This document shows, piece after piece, positions 14,865 to 27,843 of a DNA stretch of 64,000 nucleotides (position 1 is the stretch's first letter; every line of letters starts with the position of its first letter). This DNA is from Octopus vulgaris (taxonomy: Eukaryota). The stretch lies in assembly GCA_951406725.2 (NCBI GenBank), contig OX597822.1, positions 65,224,001 through 65,288,000 of the forward strand, in the 5' to 3' direction. Under the pieces are notes generated by a model. It did not search any database. It was given only the letters and a program-made list of their open reading frames with translations, and was not told the DNA's origin. The position numbers were made by a program, and so were the translations under genes.

Positions 14865-15213
14865 GAGACCCCCTTCGGTCATGACTGACCATGGGATTGC
14901 ATCTAGAAAGTTACCCTCCCAGGCACAAGTCCGGGCAAGGTTGTTTTTTATGGAAGACCAACAGTTGCCCATACATACTGGCCTCCCCTCTCCACGCCAA
15001 CAATGTTATCCAAGGGAAAGGCAAAGGGGCCGATACAGCTTGGCACCTGTGATGTCGCAACACATTTCTACAGCTGAGTGAACTGGGGCAACGTGAAATA
15101 AAGTGTTTTGAACTGTGTCTGAAGAACACAACACGCAGCCCGGTCTGGGATTCGAACTCACAACCTCACGATCGTAAGCTCGACGCGCTAACCACTGAAC
15201 CATGCGCCTTCAC
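14865..15213 (-). mobile_element. tRNA-derived SINE family C (GAAGGCGCATGG head, ACG in the anticodon-like position)
   Basis: A box TGGTTCAGTGG, B box GTTCGAATCC; homologous to 38087-38418 and 34806-35012; the head resembles tRNA-Arg, as in the octopus OR-type SINEs (family assignment not verified). Confidence 0.85.
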
Positions 15214-15264
15214 AATGAGTGGTGAATAATTCTCACTGTATTTGAAGATACATTAATTTGTTTA

Positions 15265-15610
15265 TTATTTTACTTCTCAGCGCTCTTGCTCAACTTACTC
15301 TGGGTGATAACAGCAACCCGTTTTCAGAGGTCTCACGGGATTCCTTTCCGCAAATTGTAAAACTTGATACTTGGACGTTAAGTATCGTGGAAGATGCTCA
15401 GTACCCAAGCAGCAATCTCAAAATCCTAGCCGTCCTCATTAGAGCAGCTTTTGGGCCTTCTCTGCCCTCATGTCAATTCTAATTTCTCTGATATATTTCT
15501 CGAACTCTGTTATTAGTACTCTGAGTACCCCTACAACTACTGCGATAAAAGTTACTCTCCTTATTGCCCGCATTCTCACAATTTCGTCTTTTAATAGTCT
15601 GTTGTTTTCT
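15265..15610 (-). pseudogene. Degenerate 3' end of a Dong/R4-type (RLE) LINE
   Basis: Minus strand reads LKDEIVRM..VVVGVL..FEKYIREIRIDMRAEKAQK, then after a frameshift LMRTARILRLLLGY*, paralleling IVGALG..QKIALLGTAHILR at 19714-19975; AAT-like tail. Confidence 0.65.
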
Positions 15611-15691
15611 TTTGAAAACACCACCCCCTGCCGATCCTACGACCGCGAGTCCACTGCCCTAACCACTGGGCCATTACGCCTCCACACACAG

Positions 15692-15749
<58 letters not shown>

Positions 15750-16430
15750 ATAGAGAGAGAGAGGGGGGGAGAAAGAGAGAGAGATGGAGAGAGAGAAAGA
15801 GAGAGAGAGAGATATGACTTTAATTAATTAAATCAGAGGTACACAGGTAGCCTACTCTGGTTAAGCAAGAACTCTGCTTAGATCTTTGATTAACAGAAAA
15901 AAAAATTAAACTTCACATTTATCTTCTAAGACTTACGTATGATTTCTTCATATCTATATATTTGACACTTTATTTAATAGTGATCATCCAGATCTTCCAG
16001 ATCTTCCAGTTCTACCAGATATTCCAGTTCTACCAGATCTTCCAAGAACCGGCACCTTAAAAGATATTACGAATATTGTTAGCGTGCAGATGACATTCAT
16101 GTTGTCTGTTTAGCTTGTCATATATGAAGGTCAAACCGGTTTGAACACGATATCTGAAACGCACAAGCTACTTCCTAATAGATGGCACTAAAGTTTCTTC
16201 GACCTGTTACAAATAAGTATCTCTGATAGTCCTGTTTCTTTCAACCTCAAAAATAGGTTTTCCATGGAACTGAGTGAGCAGTGTTTGCTCCCCAGCCTGT
16301 CAGCGTTGGTGTCCTCATACAATGAAGAGTTCTTTTATACAAGCATCCGAATTTCTTCTATAAGGACTATAAATATAATATTTTCAAACGGATACCTTTA
16401 CTGTAATTAATTCACAACATTAGAATATCT

Positions 16431-16962
16431 GTAGTAAAGGTTGTTTGCCAACATAACATAGCAGTCCTGGTTTAGAACCAATATTGGTGTAATTTAACAG
16501 CAGGAGACATCGTCTCCAGCTGTCTTGGGTCCTTATATTTTCGAACAAGGTAATCTAGCACCCCCACTCGGCTCAAAACAATATCTGTGTATCGCGATTT
16601 CTGGGTTATTTCTCTTCATCAGCACAGAATAATTGTTTGGCTAGAGGTGACGCTGCCAAATTCCAATTTGAAATATATAGTTTTCAAAGTGACAACTAGT
16701 CATTGATTTATAAATTAGAAAATTACTATTTTTAAATCTCACAAAATGAGCTGAGCGGGGATGCTAGATTCCCTTGTTCGAAAATATAAGGACACAGATC
16801 ATGTTGTATAGCCAGCTGGAGACGATGTATCCTGGGGCTAAATGATAGCAATATTAGTCCTAAGCCAGGACTGCCATGTTATGTTGGCAAACAATTTTTA
16901 CTACAAACTATTGTTGCTGAATATCTCACGTTGTGAGATTTAAAAATAGTAATTTTCTAATT
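16431..16962 (-). mobile_element. Penelope-like remnant: hammerhead between two interleaved inverted repeats
   Basis: 16431-16575 is inverted at 16747-16905, and 16713-16744 is inverted at 16931-16962. Confidence 0.7.
16584..16628 (-). ncRNA. Minimal type-I hammerhead motif (stem II degraded)
   Basis: UCUGUG-CUGAUGA-AGAGAAAUAACCCA-GAAA-UCGCGA-UA-CACAGA: 6-bp stem I, canonical core, palindromic stem III, AUA site. Confidence 0.75.
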
Positions 16963-17649
16963 AGAATACCTTGTGTGAAGCATAACAATTACAAATGTTC
17001 AGATACCTTTGGCTTGGTTTATCATAGTAAATATATATATATATACACGTTTATGAAATTTTTTTTATGAGATTCCTGATGGGAATGGACTAAACAGAAC
17101 AGGAGGATACAAGTGGGATAGAAGAGTTGCTGAAGAGGTCACAGACGAGTGTCAAAAGATTTCGAGATAATGAACATAAGATAAAATATGAACAATAATA
17201 AACGAGTGAAGAACGAACATATAGTGCGTGTGTTTATTTGGCAAGAAAAGAAAATGACACCCACACACACACACACACAGAGCCGATGCTTTCCATGAAA
17301 CTAGAAAATTCTCTACTATATTCAAAGTAAATTCTGCTTATCTCACTTATGGTTTATTACATTTGGACAGCTTCTTCATTGCTGATGCTAATATCCTTGA
17401 TGGTCATTTATTTGCGACAGCTGTGAGTATCTTAGCATTAATGTACATCCATCCACCAATTTTGTCACAACTTATTTATCTGTAACCATCACCAAACGGA
17501 ACAATGAAACTTTTGATGTCTTTCCGGCGTCATTAACGAAGAATTTTATTTTACTTTCAAATATGCTTGATATACATCAATGGATGAGATTTTATACAAC
17601 TTCATTCCAGAATTATATTTCCTTTTTTGTACATACGACAGTCAGTTAA

Positions 17650-18210
17650 TTTGCGGTGTCTTTCACACGGCTTGCTGCTCTAGTGTATATATAATTTCCA
17701 TCTTACTACTCATACACTATCTATTCTAAAGTCACCACCTTTTTCTCTTCTGAGACAATTTCATAGTGACTGACAAAAATATTCTCTTATTTGGGTTTAT
17801 CAGATGGCATGCTGCTGCTTGGCTCCGAAAGATAGACTGCCAAGAAAAACTTCTGGGACAGATTTCACCAGGTCCGTTTCTAGACATTCTGTTGAGAAAA
17901 TGGCTTTTGATGGACTAAATTCAATTCCTTTGCGGTATGTTTCATACGGCTTGCAGTACTGGTGTATATATGGTTTCCATCTAACTACCTATACACTCTC
18001 CATTCTAAAGTCACTACCGTTCTCTCTTCTGAGACAAGTTCATAGTGACTGACAAAAATATCCAGTTATTTGAGTTTATCAAATGACATGTTACTGTTTG
18101 GTTCCGAAAGACAGACTGCCAAGAAAAGAGTTCTGGGACTGATATTATCAGGTCCGTTTTTAGACATTCTATTGAGAACATGGCTTTTGATGAACTAAAT
18201 TTAATTCCTG
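17650..18210. repeat. Diverged tandem duplication, two units of ~280 bp
   Basis: ...CATAGTGACTGACAAAAATAT...TAGACATTCT...TGGCTTTTGATG...AATTCCT occurs twice, about 280 bp apart. Confidence 0.85.
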
Positions 18211-18314
18211 CATCTGACCGAGTGGACTTTCATATTATGGTACTCTTGAAAAAGTCCAAAATGCTTTTCTATTATTTAAAGTCATAATCAGATTCGTCTG
18301 CTAAATCCCCCATA

Positions 18315-18514
18315 CTCTTTACTCTTTACTCTTATGCTGGAGCACCGTCTTTAGTCGAGCAAATCGACCCCAGGACTTATTCTTTGTAAGCCTAGTACTT
18401 ATTCTTTTGCCGAACCGCTAAGTTACGGGGACGTAAACACACCAGCGTCGGTTATGAAGCGATGTTGGGGGGACAAACACAGATACACAAACATACACAC
18501 ACACACAAACATAC

Positions 18515-18604
<90 letters not shown>

Positions 18605-18860
18605 CCGACGGGCTTCTTTCAGTTTCCGTCTACCAAATTACATATATGCCAATACAGATCTCAGACTTGTCTGGTACCATCTAGCAAGTAATTATTGGTT
18701 AATCTTATTGGAAGAGTATTATATTATGATATCGGGACTGACTCTTTGACAACAAGGCTCTAGTAGAAGACACTTGCCCAAGGTGCCACGCAGTGGGGCT
18801 GAATCCGGAACCATGTGGTTGGTAAGCAAGCTACTTACCACACAGCCACTCCGGCGCCTA
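18315..18860 (-). mobile_element. SINE family B interrupted by a ~115-bp templated insertion (~18639-18752)
   Basis: Family B sequence on both sides; the insert is the reverse complement of ~19069-19186. Confidence 0.85.
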
Positions 18861-19665
18861 CTCTCCCATGGTGAGATTTTCTTAGATTTAAAAGAAAAAC
18901 GAAATATACTTTAAGCCAGAAACTAACACCAAAACAATTGCTATTATAATAAATATTTGATATGATAAAAATGACGCTTTTTCTCTGCGGGGTCTTATAC
19001 AGGCAAAAGCTAATGCCTAGAATTTAATGTAAGGTAGTTTCTGAGTTTCCATGAGATCTGTTTTACATTTGTAAAAGAGGCAGTCCCGATATTATTACAT
19101 AATACTCTTCCAATAAGATTAACCAATAATTACTTGTTAGATGGTACCAGACAAGTCTGAAATCTGTATTGCCATATATGTAATTTTGTCCTTTATTACT
19201 TTGCACGTACACAGATATGAAATGTTCATAGATATGAAATAAATACAATTGCAAACGTACGTTATTTCTCTGAAAAAGGAAAGGAACTTAACTAAATATG
19301 ATTTATCATTCTTTCAGATATTGCTATTTTATTATTGCGCATTTCAAATTTGTCATTACACATATAATAAACACAGCATGTTTATTGTATACACTGCAGT
19401 GGGTGAGCTGTGGGCAGTTAGTAACGTATCTTCCTATTTCAAAGAATGTACTCTTTCACTTTTGTCAATTTCATCCCCCATCCCATACACACACTCAGCC
19501 GCAGTAATGACTATGTGGTAAGAAACTTTCTTCCCAATCACATGGTTCGGAGTTCAGTCCCACTGCGTGACACCTTGAGTAAATGTCTTTTACTATAGCC
19601 TCGGGCCGATTAGATTAAGGCCTTGTGAATGGATTTGGTAGATAGAAGCTAAAAGAAGCCCGTCG

Positions 19666-19711
<46 letters not shown>

Positions 19712-19713
<2 letters not shown>

Positions 19714-20073
19714 TCAATACCGGCTGATGACAACGTGTCTCTAAAAGAAATGGAGAAACTCTCAAAATACAAAGACCTGGAAATAGAGGTAACTAGAATG
19801 TGGAATCTGAAAATAGAAACAATTCCTATTATAGTAGGTGCATTAGGCATGATAAAAAAAATATTCAGACAAATACATAACAAAAACACCAGGACTTACA
19901 AACACATATAACATACAGAAAATTGCCCTACTAGGCACTGCACACATCCTACGCAGAACACTTTCCATACAATAACCATCAGAGCATCACAACAAATCAC
20001 AGCACATACCCAAGGCACACAGAGCTGCGCTCGGTAGTGAAGTGAAAGCACGCTATAAAAATAAAACTACTGA
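19712..20073 (+). pseudogene. 5'-truncated Dong/R4-type LINE: RLE endonuclease C-terminus plus 3' UTR, in an (AAT)n array
   Basis: From 19714: SIPADDNVSLKEMEKLSKYKDLEIEVTRMWNLKIETIPIIVGALGMIKK, +1 frameshift in an A-run (~19861), then YSDKY...IQKIALLGTAHILRRTLSIQ* (stop 19973-19975); (AAT)n on both sides, a known Dong-type target. Confidence 0.88.
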
Positions 20074-20168
20074 ATAATAATAATAATAATAACAATAATA
20101 ATAATAATAATTATAATAACATCGAAAAATACCTTAAGAATGAGAACCCAGGTTCCAAATTTCCCCAA

Positions 20169-20214
20169 GACACCTGATGAAGGCTGGAGGGTATATCAGC
20201 CAAAACGTTGTGTT
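20169..20214 (+). ncRNA. Minimal type-I hammerhead motif, probably inactivated (GAAA to AAAA)
   Basis: GACAC-CUGAUGA-A-GGCUG-GAGGGUAUAU-CAGCC-AAAA-CG-UU-GUGUU; stems I and II intact, catalytic G12 replaced by A. Confidence 0.7.
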
Positions 20215-20306
20215 AACAAATGAGATGAGGACAAATATCCGTCAAATGTAAATAATGTAAATAATGTGCATAATTCCTCACCTCATAAATATAGAATTGT
20301 ATATAA

Positions 20307-20399
<93 letters not shown>

Positions 20400-20559
20400 T
20401 GTATATATATGTATATACATATATACACACACACACATATAACATATATATATATACTAGCAGAATTGCCCGGCGTTGCTCGGGGCTGAATTGCTTGAAA
20501 GTACTGTTAATGATTGCACTGAATTATGATGATTATTCAGGCAAATATTGATATAAGCT

Positions 20560-21075
20560 TACGGTGGGAGATAAGGACTTAACGATCAAACGTGTGCCAT
20601 TGCATTGTTTTGGGGGAACCAAATTTCTGATGAGCATTATAGGGGCACCAACTTTAAGTTTGAGAAAGTGTGGTGGTAGTCCGGGGTGCTCAAAGGAATT
20701 GAGTACCTCTATTGGATAGTTGATGACGTCCTCTGGGTCAGGAGTTGTATCGATAGACTGATATACATAGACTTCCCCAGGAATGAGTTTTAGCATTTCA
20801 TCATTAATATGGTGAACAGTTTTATTCCTCGGGGCCAGTATAGCCTTTTTGCCAATCCAATCCATATTCTGATAATTAGCTTGTAGATCTGGGAACACTG
20901 CATCTCTGAGATCAGAAGGCGTCTTAACAATGGTACAAATGGAATCGATGGCAATATTACCATTTTCATCCCCTGGTATTTTGCCTTCGCCAAGTGCAAG
21001 GAGGGTGTGAGGAAATGCTGCTGATGTGATATTACGTCGCATATGAGCACGCATATTGGTGTGAAGTTTGAGAGT
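20560..21075 (-). pseudogene. Helitron RepHel PIF1-like helicase fragment
   Basis: AILAPRNKTVHHIN, YQSID and YPIEVLNSFEHPGLPPHFLKLKVGAPIMLIRNLVPPKQCNGTRLIV are typical PIF1/RepHel motifs; truncated at both ends. Confidence 0.92.
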
Positions 21076-21303
21076 TACTTCCGTTTATTTTAAAAAATAT
21101 GCATTAAAATGGAAAAAAATGATGGTAAATTATTTGTAAAATCATAGACTCATCGTAGACGCGCGCTAATACCCAGAAGGGCTCGATATGAATCACGACT
21201 ATAAGATACCCGGTTTTGGTTAAACTGCATCGCAAAATGTGGGAGTAGTTAGGAATCTAAATCGGAGTAGACAGACACAAAACCTTTCTTTTATATATAA
21301 ATA

Positions 21304-21816
21304 TTTTCGGTCCTAAAAAACTTTGTATGGATTGAATGGTTACCTCTATGGAAATATATACACGCACATTATACATACATGTGTGTATAGATGAATATAT
21401 AAATACATTTAAATATCTATATACACTTTTGGGCGATCTTTCTGTTTCTTAGAGATAACTTTAGATCTTATTTTCGTGCTAAAAAACTTTGTATGGAGTG
21501 AATGGTTACCTCTATGGAAATATATACACTCACGTTATACATACATGTGTGCATAGATGAATATATAAATACATTTATATATCTATATACACTTTTGGGC
21601 GATCTCTGTGCTACTTAGAGATAACTTTAGATCTTATTTTCGTCCTAAAAAACTTTGTGCGGAGTGAATGGTTACGTGTATGGAAATATATACACACACA
21701 TTATACATACATCTGTGTATAGATGAATATATAAATACATTTAAATATCTATATACACTTTTGGGCGATGTTTCTGCTACTTGGATATAGGTCTTATATT
21801 CGTCCTAAAAAACTTT
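21304..21816. repeat. Minisatellite of ~167 bp, three units plus a partial, inside the Helitron
   Basis: Unit start TTTTCG(G)TCCTAAAAAACTTTG at ~21304, 21471 and 21637, partial at ~21798. Confidence 0.9.
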
Positions 21817-22277
21817 CCTGTCACACACTCACGCACACGCACGCATACACACACACACACACACGCACCCTCACACACACACACACGCACACACACACTC
21901 ACACACACGCACGTTAGCTTACAATTTTATTTATATATTTGCGTGTCTATGTGTGTAAAGAGGAAGTGGCAGACTGAAAGAGTCACTCACTACAAAAGGT
22001 GAATTACTTTCATTTTATTCGTTGCACACTGTGTGTGTGCGTGTGCGTGTGGTGTAAACCACATTAAGAAAAGCATTTGACATACACACCAGAATGTGAG
22101 TTTTCTGTAAATTTTGCTTAATTGGAGTTTAAATTTTAAAAAGTGGACCTGGCAAAACCCGATGCATTCTACTCTTAAAAATGCTAAGTAAATTGTAATT
22201 GAAGAAATCCTATATTGTAGTTTTCTATAACTGACAAAGGGAGGCAGATAAAATCTGCCTTTTATAATAAGAGATAA

Positions 22278-22389
<112 letters not shown>

Positions 22390-22599
22390 GTGCGTATATT
22401 TTTGCATCGATTTCTTCGACCAAAACCCTTTAACGCAGTGCTCCAGCATGGCCGCAGTCACGTGACTGAAACAAGTAAAAGAATAAAAGAATAAAAGAAG
22501 GTGCATCTTTTCTCTTCTTACAATCAATAGACCGCAGCTATGCAAAGACACCGCTTTTGGGAATTAGAGAACGAATCAACCCCTATTTGTTTCTAAGCC

Positions 22600-22885
22600 A
22601 TGTACTTCTTCCATCAGCACTCTTGCCTAACTACTAAATTACAGAGACGTAAATACACCAACGTCGGTTGTCAAGCGCTGGACACACACGCACACACACG
22701 CACACATACGCATAATGTATATTTACGGCGGGCTTCTTTCAGCTTCCGCCTACCAAATCCACCCACAAGTCTTCGGTCGGCCCGAGGTTATAAGTGGAAA
22801 ATACCCACCCAAGGAGCCACGCAGTGGGGCCGAACCCGGAACCATGTGGTTGAGAAGCAAACGTCTTATCACATAGCCACCGCTA
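22600..22885 (-). mobile_element. SINE family B, degenerate
   Basis: Family B head and body recognisable. Confidence 0.7.
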
Positions 22886-23067
22886 CACATGTATACGTGT
22901 GTGCGCACGTTCGCGTTTATGTGTGTGTGTGTGTTTGTATATTTATATACATGTATGAGTATGTATACAGCCACATTCTTATCTAGCTATACATGCACGT
23001 ATATATTCTATGTACTTGGATTTGGTGCTACTCAGACACTAAGCATATTTATCAAAATAACATTTAC

Positions 23068-23455
23068 ATCCGGGTTCAGTCCCACTGCGTGGCACCTTGG
23101 GCTATTCTCTTCTACTATGGCCGTAGGCCTACCGAAGCCTTGTAAGTGGATTTGGTAGACGGAAACTGAAAGAAGTCCGTCGTATATATGTATAAGTATA
23201 TATATATAAATATATATATGTACGTGTGTGCATATGTATGTGTGTCTGTGTTTGTACCCCCAACATCGCTTGACAACCGATGCTGGTGTGTTTACGTCCC
23301 CGTAACTTAGCGTTTCGGCAAAATAGACCGGCAGAATAAGTACTAGGCTTACAAAGAATATGTTCTGGGTGTCGATTTGCTCGAATAAAGGCGGTGCTCC
23401 AGCATGGCCACATTCAAATGACTGAAACAAGTAAAATGAGTAAAAGAGTAAAGAG
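23068..23455 (+). mobile_element. SINE family B, 5'-truncated
   Basis: CCGGGTTCAGTCCCACTGCGTGGCACC ... GAAACAAGTAAAATGAGTAAAAGAG. Confidence 0.85.
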
Positions 23456-23634
23456 ATTATAGCTGAAAGTGGTCCCTGGTAAATTAATTAAATTCTTTAC
23501 ATCTCGCTAGACTGGTTCTTATGCTATTGAGATTAAGTCGCCCAATCGCTGAAACGATATCATTAACCATTACAGAAAACTTACTACCGACCTCAATATT
23601 GCTCATTTTTTTCAATACAGACCTCCTAGTTGAT

Positions 23635-24297
23635 TACGAGGGGACACCCAAAAGAAACCGGAATTTTGCAATATTATTTTATTCACGGTACTAGGCTTAA
23701 CAAAGAATTAGTACTGGGGTCGATCTGTTCGACTAAAGGCGGTGCTCCGGCATGGCCGCAGTCAAATGACTGAAACAAGTAAAAGAATAAAAGAATAAAA
23801 TAATTCATTACATGTTTATACCTTTATCGCTTTCAAAGTATTCTCCATTTGAAGCATGTTCGAAGCAGTGTTAGAACTCTTGCGAAGTGATGTCTTAACC
23901 TCTTCCACATCTTCAAATTCCGTAGCACCAGCTTCCGTCACCAGTGATGACCATCGAAAAACGGACCGGATCAATTTCCCACTGGTCCTTCAGTTCACGA
24001 CAAGCATTCACTAATGACTGCGTTTGATCTTGCATGATCAAGCGAGGCACAAATTTTGCTGCAACTCTTTTCATTCGCAATTCCTCGTTCAAAATTCATT
24101 TGCAGGAGCTCCAGGACACAGCAGTCAGGTCAACTGGAGCTGGAGTGGCTGTGTGGTAAGTAGCTTGTTTACCAACCACATGGTTCCGGGGTCAGTTACA
24201 CTGCGTGGCACCTTGGCCAAGTGTCTTCTACTATAGCCACGTGAGTGGATTTGGTAGACGGAAACTGGAAGAAGCCCGTCGTATATATGTATGTATG

Positions 24298-24328
<31 letters not shown>

Positions 24329-25006
24329 TTGTGTGTTTGTATGTCTGTGTTTGTCCCCCCAACATCGCTTGACAACCGATGCTGATGTGTTTACGTCCCC
24401 GTAACTTAGCGGTTCGGTAAAAGAGAACCGATAGAATAAGTACTAGGCTTACGAAAAATAAGTCATGGGGGCGATTCGCTCGGCTAAAGGCGGTGCTCCA
24501 GCATGGCCGCAGTCAAATGACTGAAACAAGTAAAAGAGTAAAAGAGTAATTGCTGGGTGACGGTCCTTCAAGATCTGTTCATGAATTTTCATGATGTTCA
24601 GGTGGTCGAGGGTCGCCCTGAACGAGGTTGATCTTCAAGCGACAAGTTACCATTTGTCAAGTGTGAAAATTACTCGTAAACTTGCGTTTTGCTCATGGCA
24701 GCGTCCTTGTAAGCTTTTGAAACATGACAACTGCTTCGGTTGCTCTTTTTTCCTCCAGCAGAAAACAGAATTACACGGAAGCACGCTGTTCCTTCGTTTC
24801 AGCCATCGCAAAAATCATCGACGAACATGGGAGAAGCACTGCAAAGCAAAGAAGCACCACGTAGTAGTAAGATGATACCCGACGCCGCCGGTCAGAATAC
24901 TGATGCCTGAGGATCACATCAAGTGACTTGTAGCGGTGATAAGCCTGAACTACGACGGGCTTGTTCTACAGAGAACGTTTCCATTTACTTTCGTTACTCT
25001 TTCGTA
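23635..25006 (-). mobile_element. Decayed, internally deleted mariner transposon interrupted by SINE B pieces
   Basis: Minus strand remnants MAETKEQRASV*FCFLL, SLEDQPRSGRPST, EELRMKRVAAKFVPRL and VITGDGSWCYG; ends TACGAGGGGACACCCAAAAG / degenerate ...CTCTTTCGTA. Confidence 0.85.
24140..24547 (+). mobile_element. SINE family B inserted in the mariner
   Basis: Near full length with (TAAAAGAG)n tail. Confidence 0.88.
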
Positions 25007-25399
25007 TGTGTTGCCTGTTTAAATTCATAATCGATCTCAATAGCAGAATAACCTAGGATCTCTTAACCAAGACAACCGAGATAAATAAAATATCCACGAT
25101 GAAGAAATAGCATAAAATACATTGTCATCAAAGTCCAATGGGATCTCCCGAGTTTTTATTTTCCTAAACAGAGATTTAAATAAGATATAAAAAGTATAAA
25201 CAAAATGAAAAAAAAGAAGAGGTAAAAAATAAAATAGAATTTCATTGAAAAAAGGAAAAAGAAAGGAAAAAAACAATCACGCAAAACGTTTCTAATCTTG
25301 ATTAAAATCCGAAAATCAGATTATCTTAATTTTTACGAAGCATCTCCATCTCTTAATCTGTCAATGTTTTTTTCGTGACTGGAGTAACATTACTGCGGA

Positions 25400-25745
25400 A
25401 GAGGAAAGAAGAAGAAGAAGAAGAAGAAGAAGAAGAAGAAGAAGAAGAAGAAGAAGAAGAAAAAGAAGAAGAAGAAGAAGAAGGAGGAGGAGGTGGAGGG
25501 GAGGAGGAGAAAAGAGGACAAAGAAGATGATGATTATGATGATGATGAGGAGGAGGAGGACGCCGACGACGATGAAGACGATTACAGTGATGAAGATAAA
25601 GAAAGAAAGAAAGAAATAAAGAAAGAAAGAGAGAAGGAAAGAGAGAAAGAAATATAAGCCTGAAAAACGAAACTTTACCAAAATAACAGCTTTAGCAGGA
25701 ACGAAATGATTGATTGAAAAACATACCTTAGACGAAAATATCCAT

Positions 25746-25833
<88 letters not shown>

Positions 25834-25860
25834 ACTACAACTAAGCACCAACACCACCAG

Positions 25861-25900
<40 letters not shown>

Positions 25901-25979
25901 GATGTTGCTGCTTCTGCTACTACTACTACTACTATTACTAAACACCACCACCACCACCACCGCCACCACCACCACCACC

Positions 25980-26042
<63 letters not shown>

Positions 26043-26155
26043 GCTGCTGCTGCTACTGCTGCTGCTTCTGCTACTACAACTAAACACCACAAACACCACC
26101 AATACTACTATTAACCACCACCACCACCACCACTACTACTACTGCTACTACTACT
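25400..26155. repeat. (GAA)n, (CTA)n, (CTG)n and (CCA)n microsatellites
   Basis: Direct reading. Confidence 0.95.
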
Positions 26156-26291
26156 AGAGAAATCTGGGTTTCGGTATTAGTTGTAACAAAAGCAAACCCA
26201 GCATCGGTAAATTCAACAGCAACAGTTGAAGACATACGAAACCTTAACGACATTTGCAATATCAGCTTTTTGCTGTGAACGATTATTCTTA

Positions 26292-26758
<467 letters not shown>

Positions 26759-26968
26759 TCATTATAGGGTACATCTAAAGGGTATTCTTTCTGTGGATTT
26801 GTAGAGTCACGAAATCTTGATTGTCCATGCTAGCACGCTCGCCCATCTATCAACAAAAGTTACGACGGCTGCGTTGGTCACTGTGTGTTCGGTGTTGACT
26901 ACTGTCTAAACTGGGTCGCGAAAAGTGACTGCTACTTGAAGGATTATGATAATAATAATAAAAAGAAG

Positions 26969-27394
26969 GGATCTTTTCGGTTTGAACGGCAGTTTTTTCT
27001 AGCGGTGTCATATGAAATTGTCACCCATAATTATGACCCTAGTATCGATCTATTGCATTTCAATCTGTTTTAGGGTTAGAGTTAGTTAGGGTTAGGGTTA
27101 TGGTTAGGGTATCTTTTTTTCTTCACAAATGTAAATAAACCCAATCTGTTTCTTAAACGAGGGACATATTCATACGGCACAGAATGCTTTTTAACTCAAT
27201 GGACGTCATCAATTGGTTGAAATTGCAGAAATTGAAGAAAAAAAGCAGCAAATATCTTACAAACTATAGAATTTTCTCAATAAAGCCAAGAGGAAAAGAT
27301 GTTTTATAAACACATTCTACCAGTATACGAAGTTTAAAATGTTTGAGTTACCTAGAAATTATATTAAAAACTGCCGTTCAAACCGAAAAGAGCC
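26969..27394. mobile_element. Merlin-like MITE (426 bp) with 8-bp TSD and internal TTAGGG repeats
   Basis: TIRs GGATCTTTTCGGTTTGAACGGCAGTTTTT / AAAAACTGCCGTTCAAACCGAAAAGAGCC; AAAAGAAG duplicated at 26961-26968 and 27395-27402. GG termini with an 8-9 bp TSD are characteristic of Merlin. Confidence 0.8.
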
Positions 27395-27398
27395 AAAA

Positions 27399-27843
<445 letters not shown>

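Larger units (their letters stand above)
20457..22274 (-). mobile_element. Non-autonomous Helitron with helicase remnant and internal minisatellite
   Basis: Minus strand A|TCTCTTATTATAAAAGG ... CCCGAGCAACGCCGGG hairpin ... CTAG|T: the canonical TC/CTAG ends inserted between A and T. Confidence 0.88.

Noticed and set aside
15258-15482. ORF resembling a secreted peptide (MFIILLLSALAQLTLG...)
   Set aside because: Starts at TTG and is antisense to the 3' end of an R4/Dong-type LINE.
20533-21054. Host PIF1 helicase gene
   Set aside because: Intronless fragment bounded by Helitron termini and lacking the N-terminal helicase motifs.
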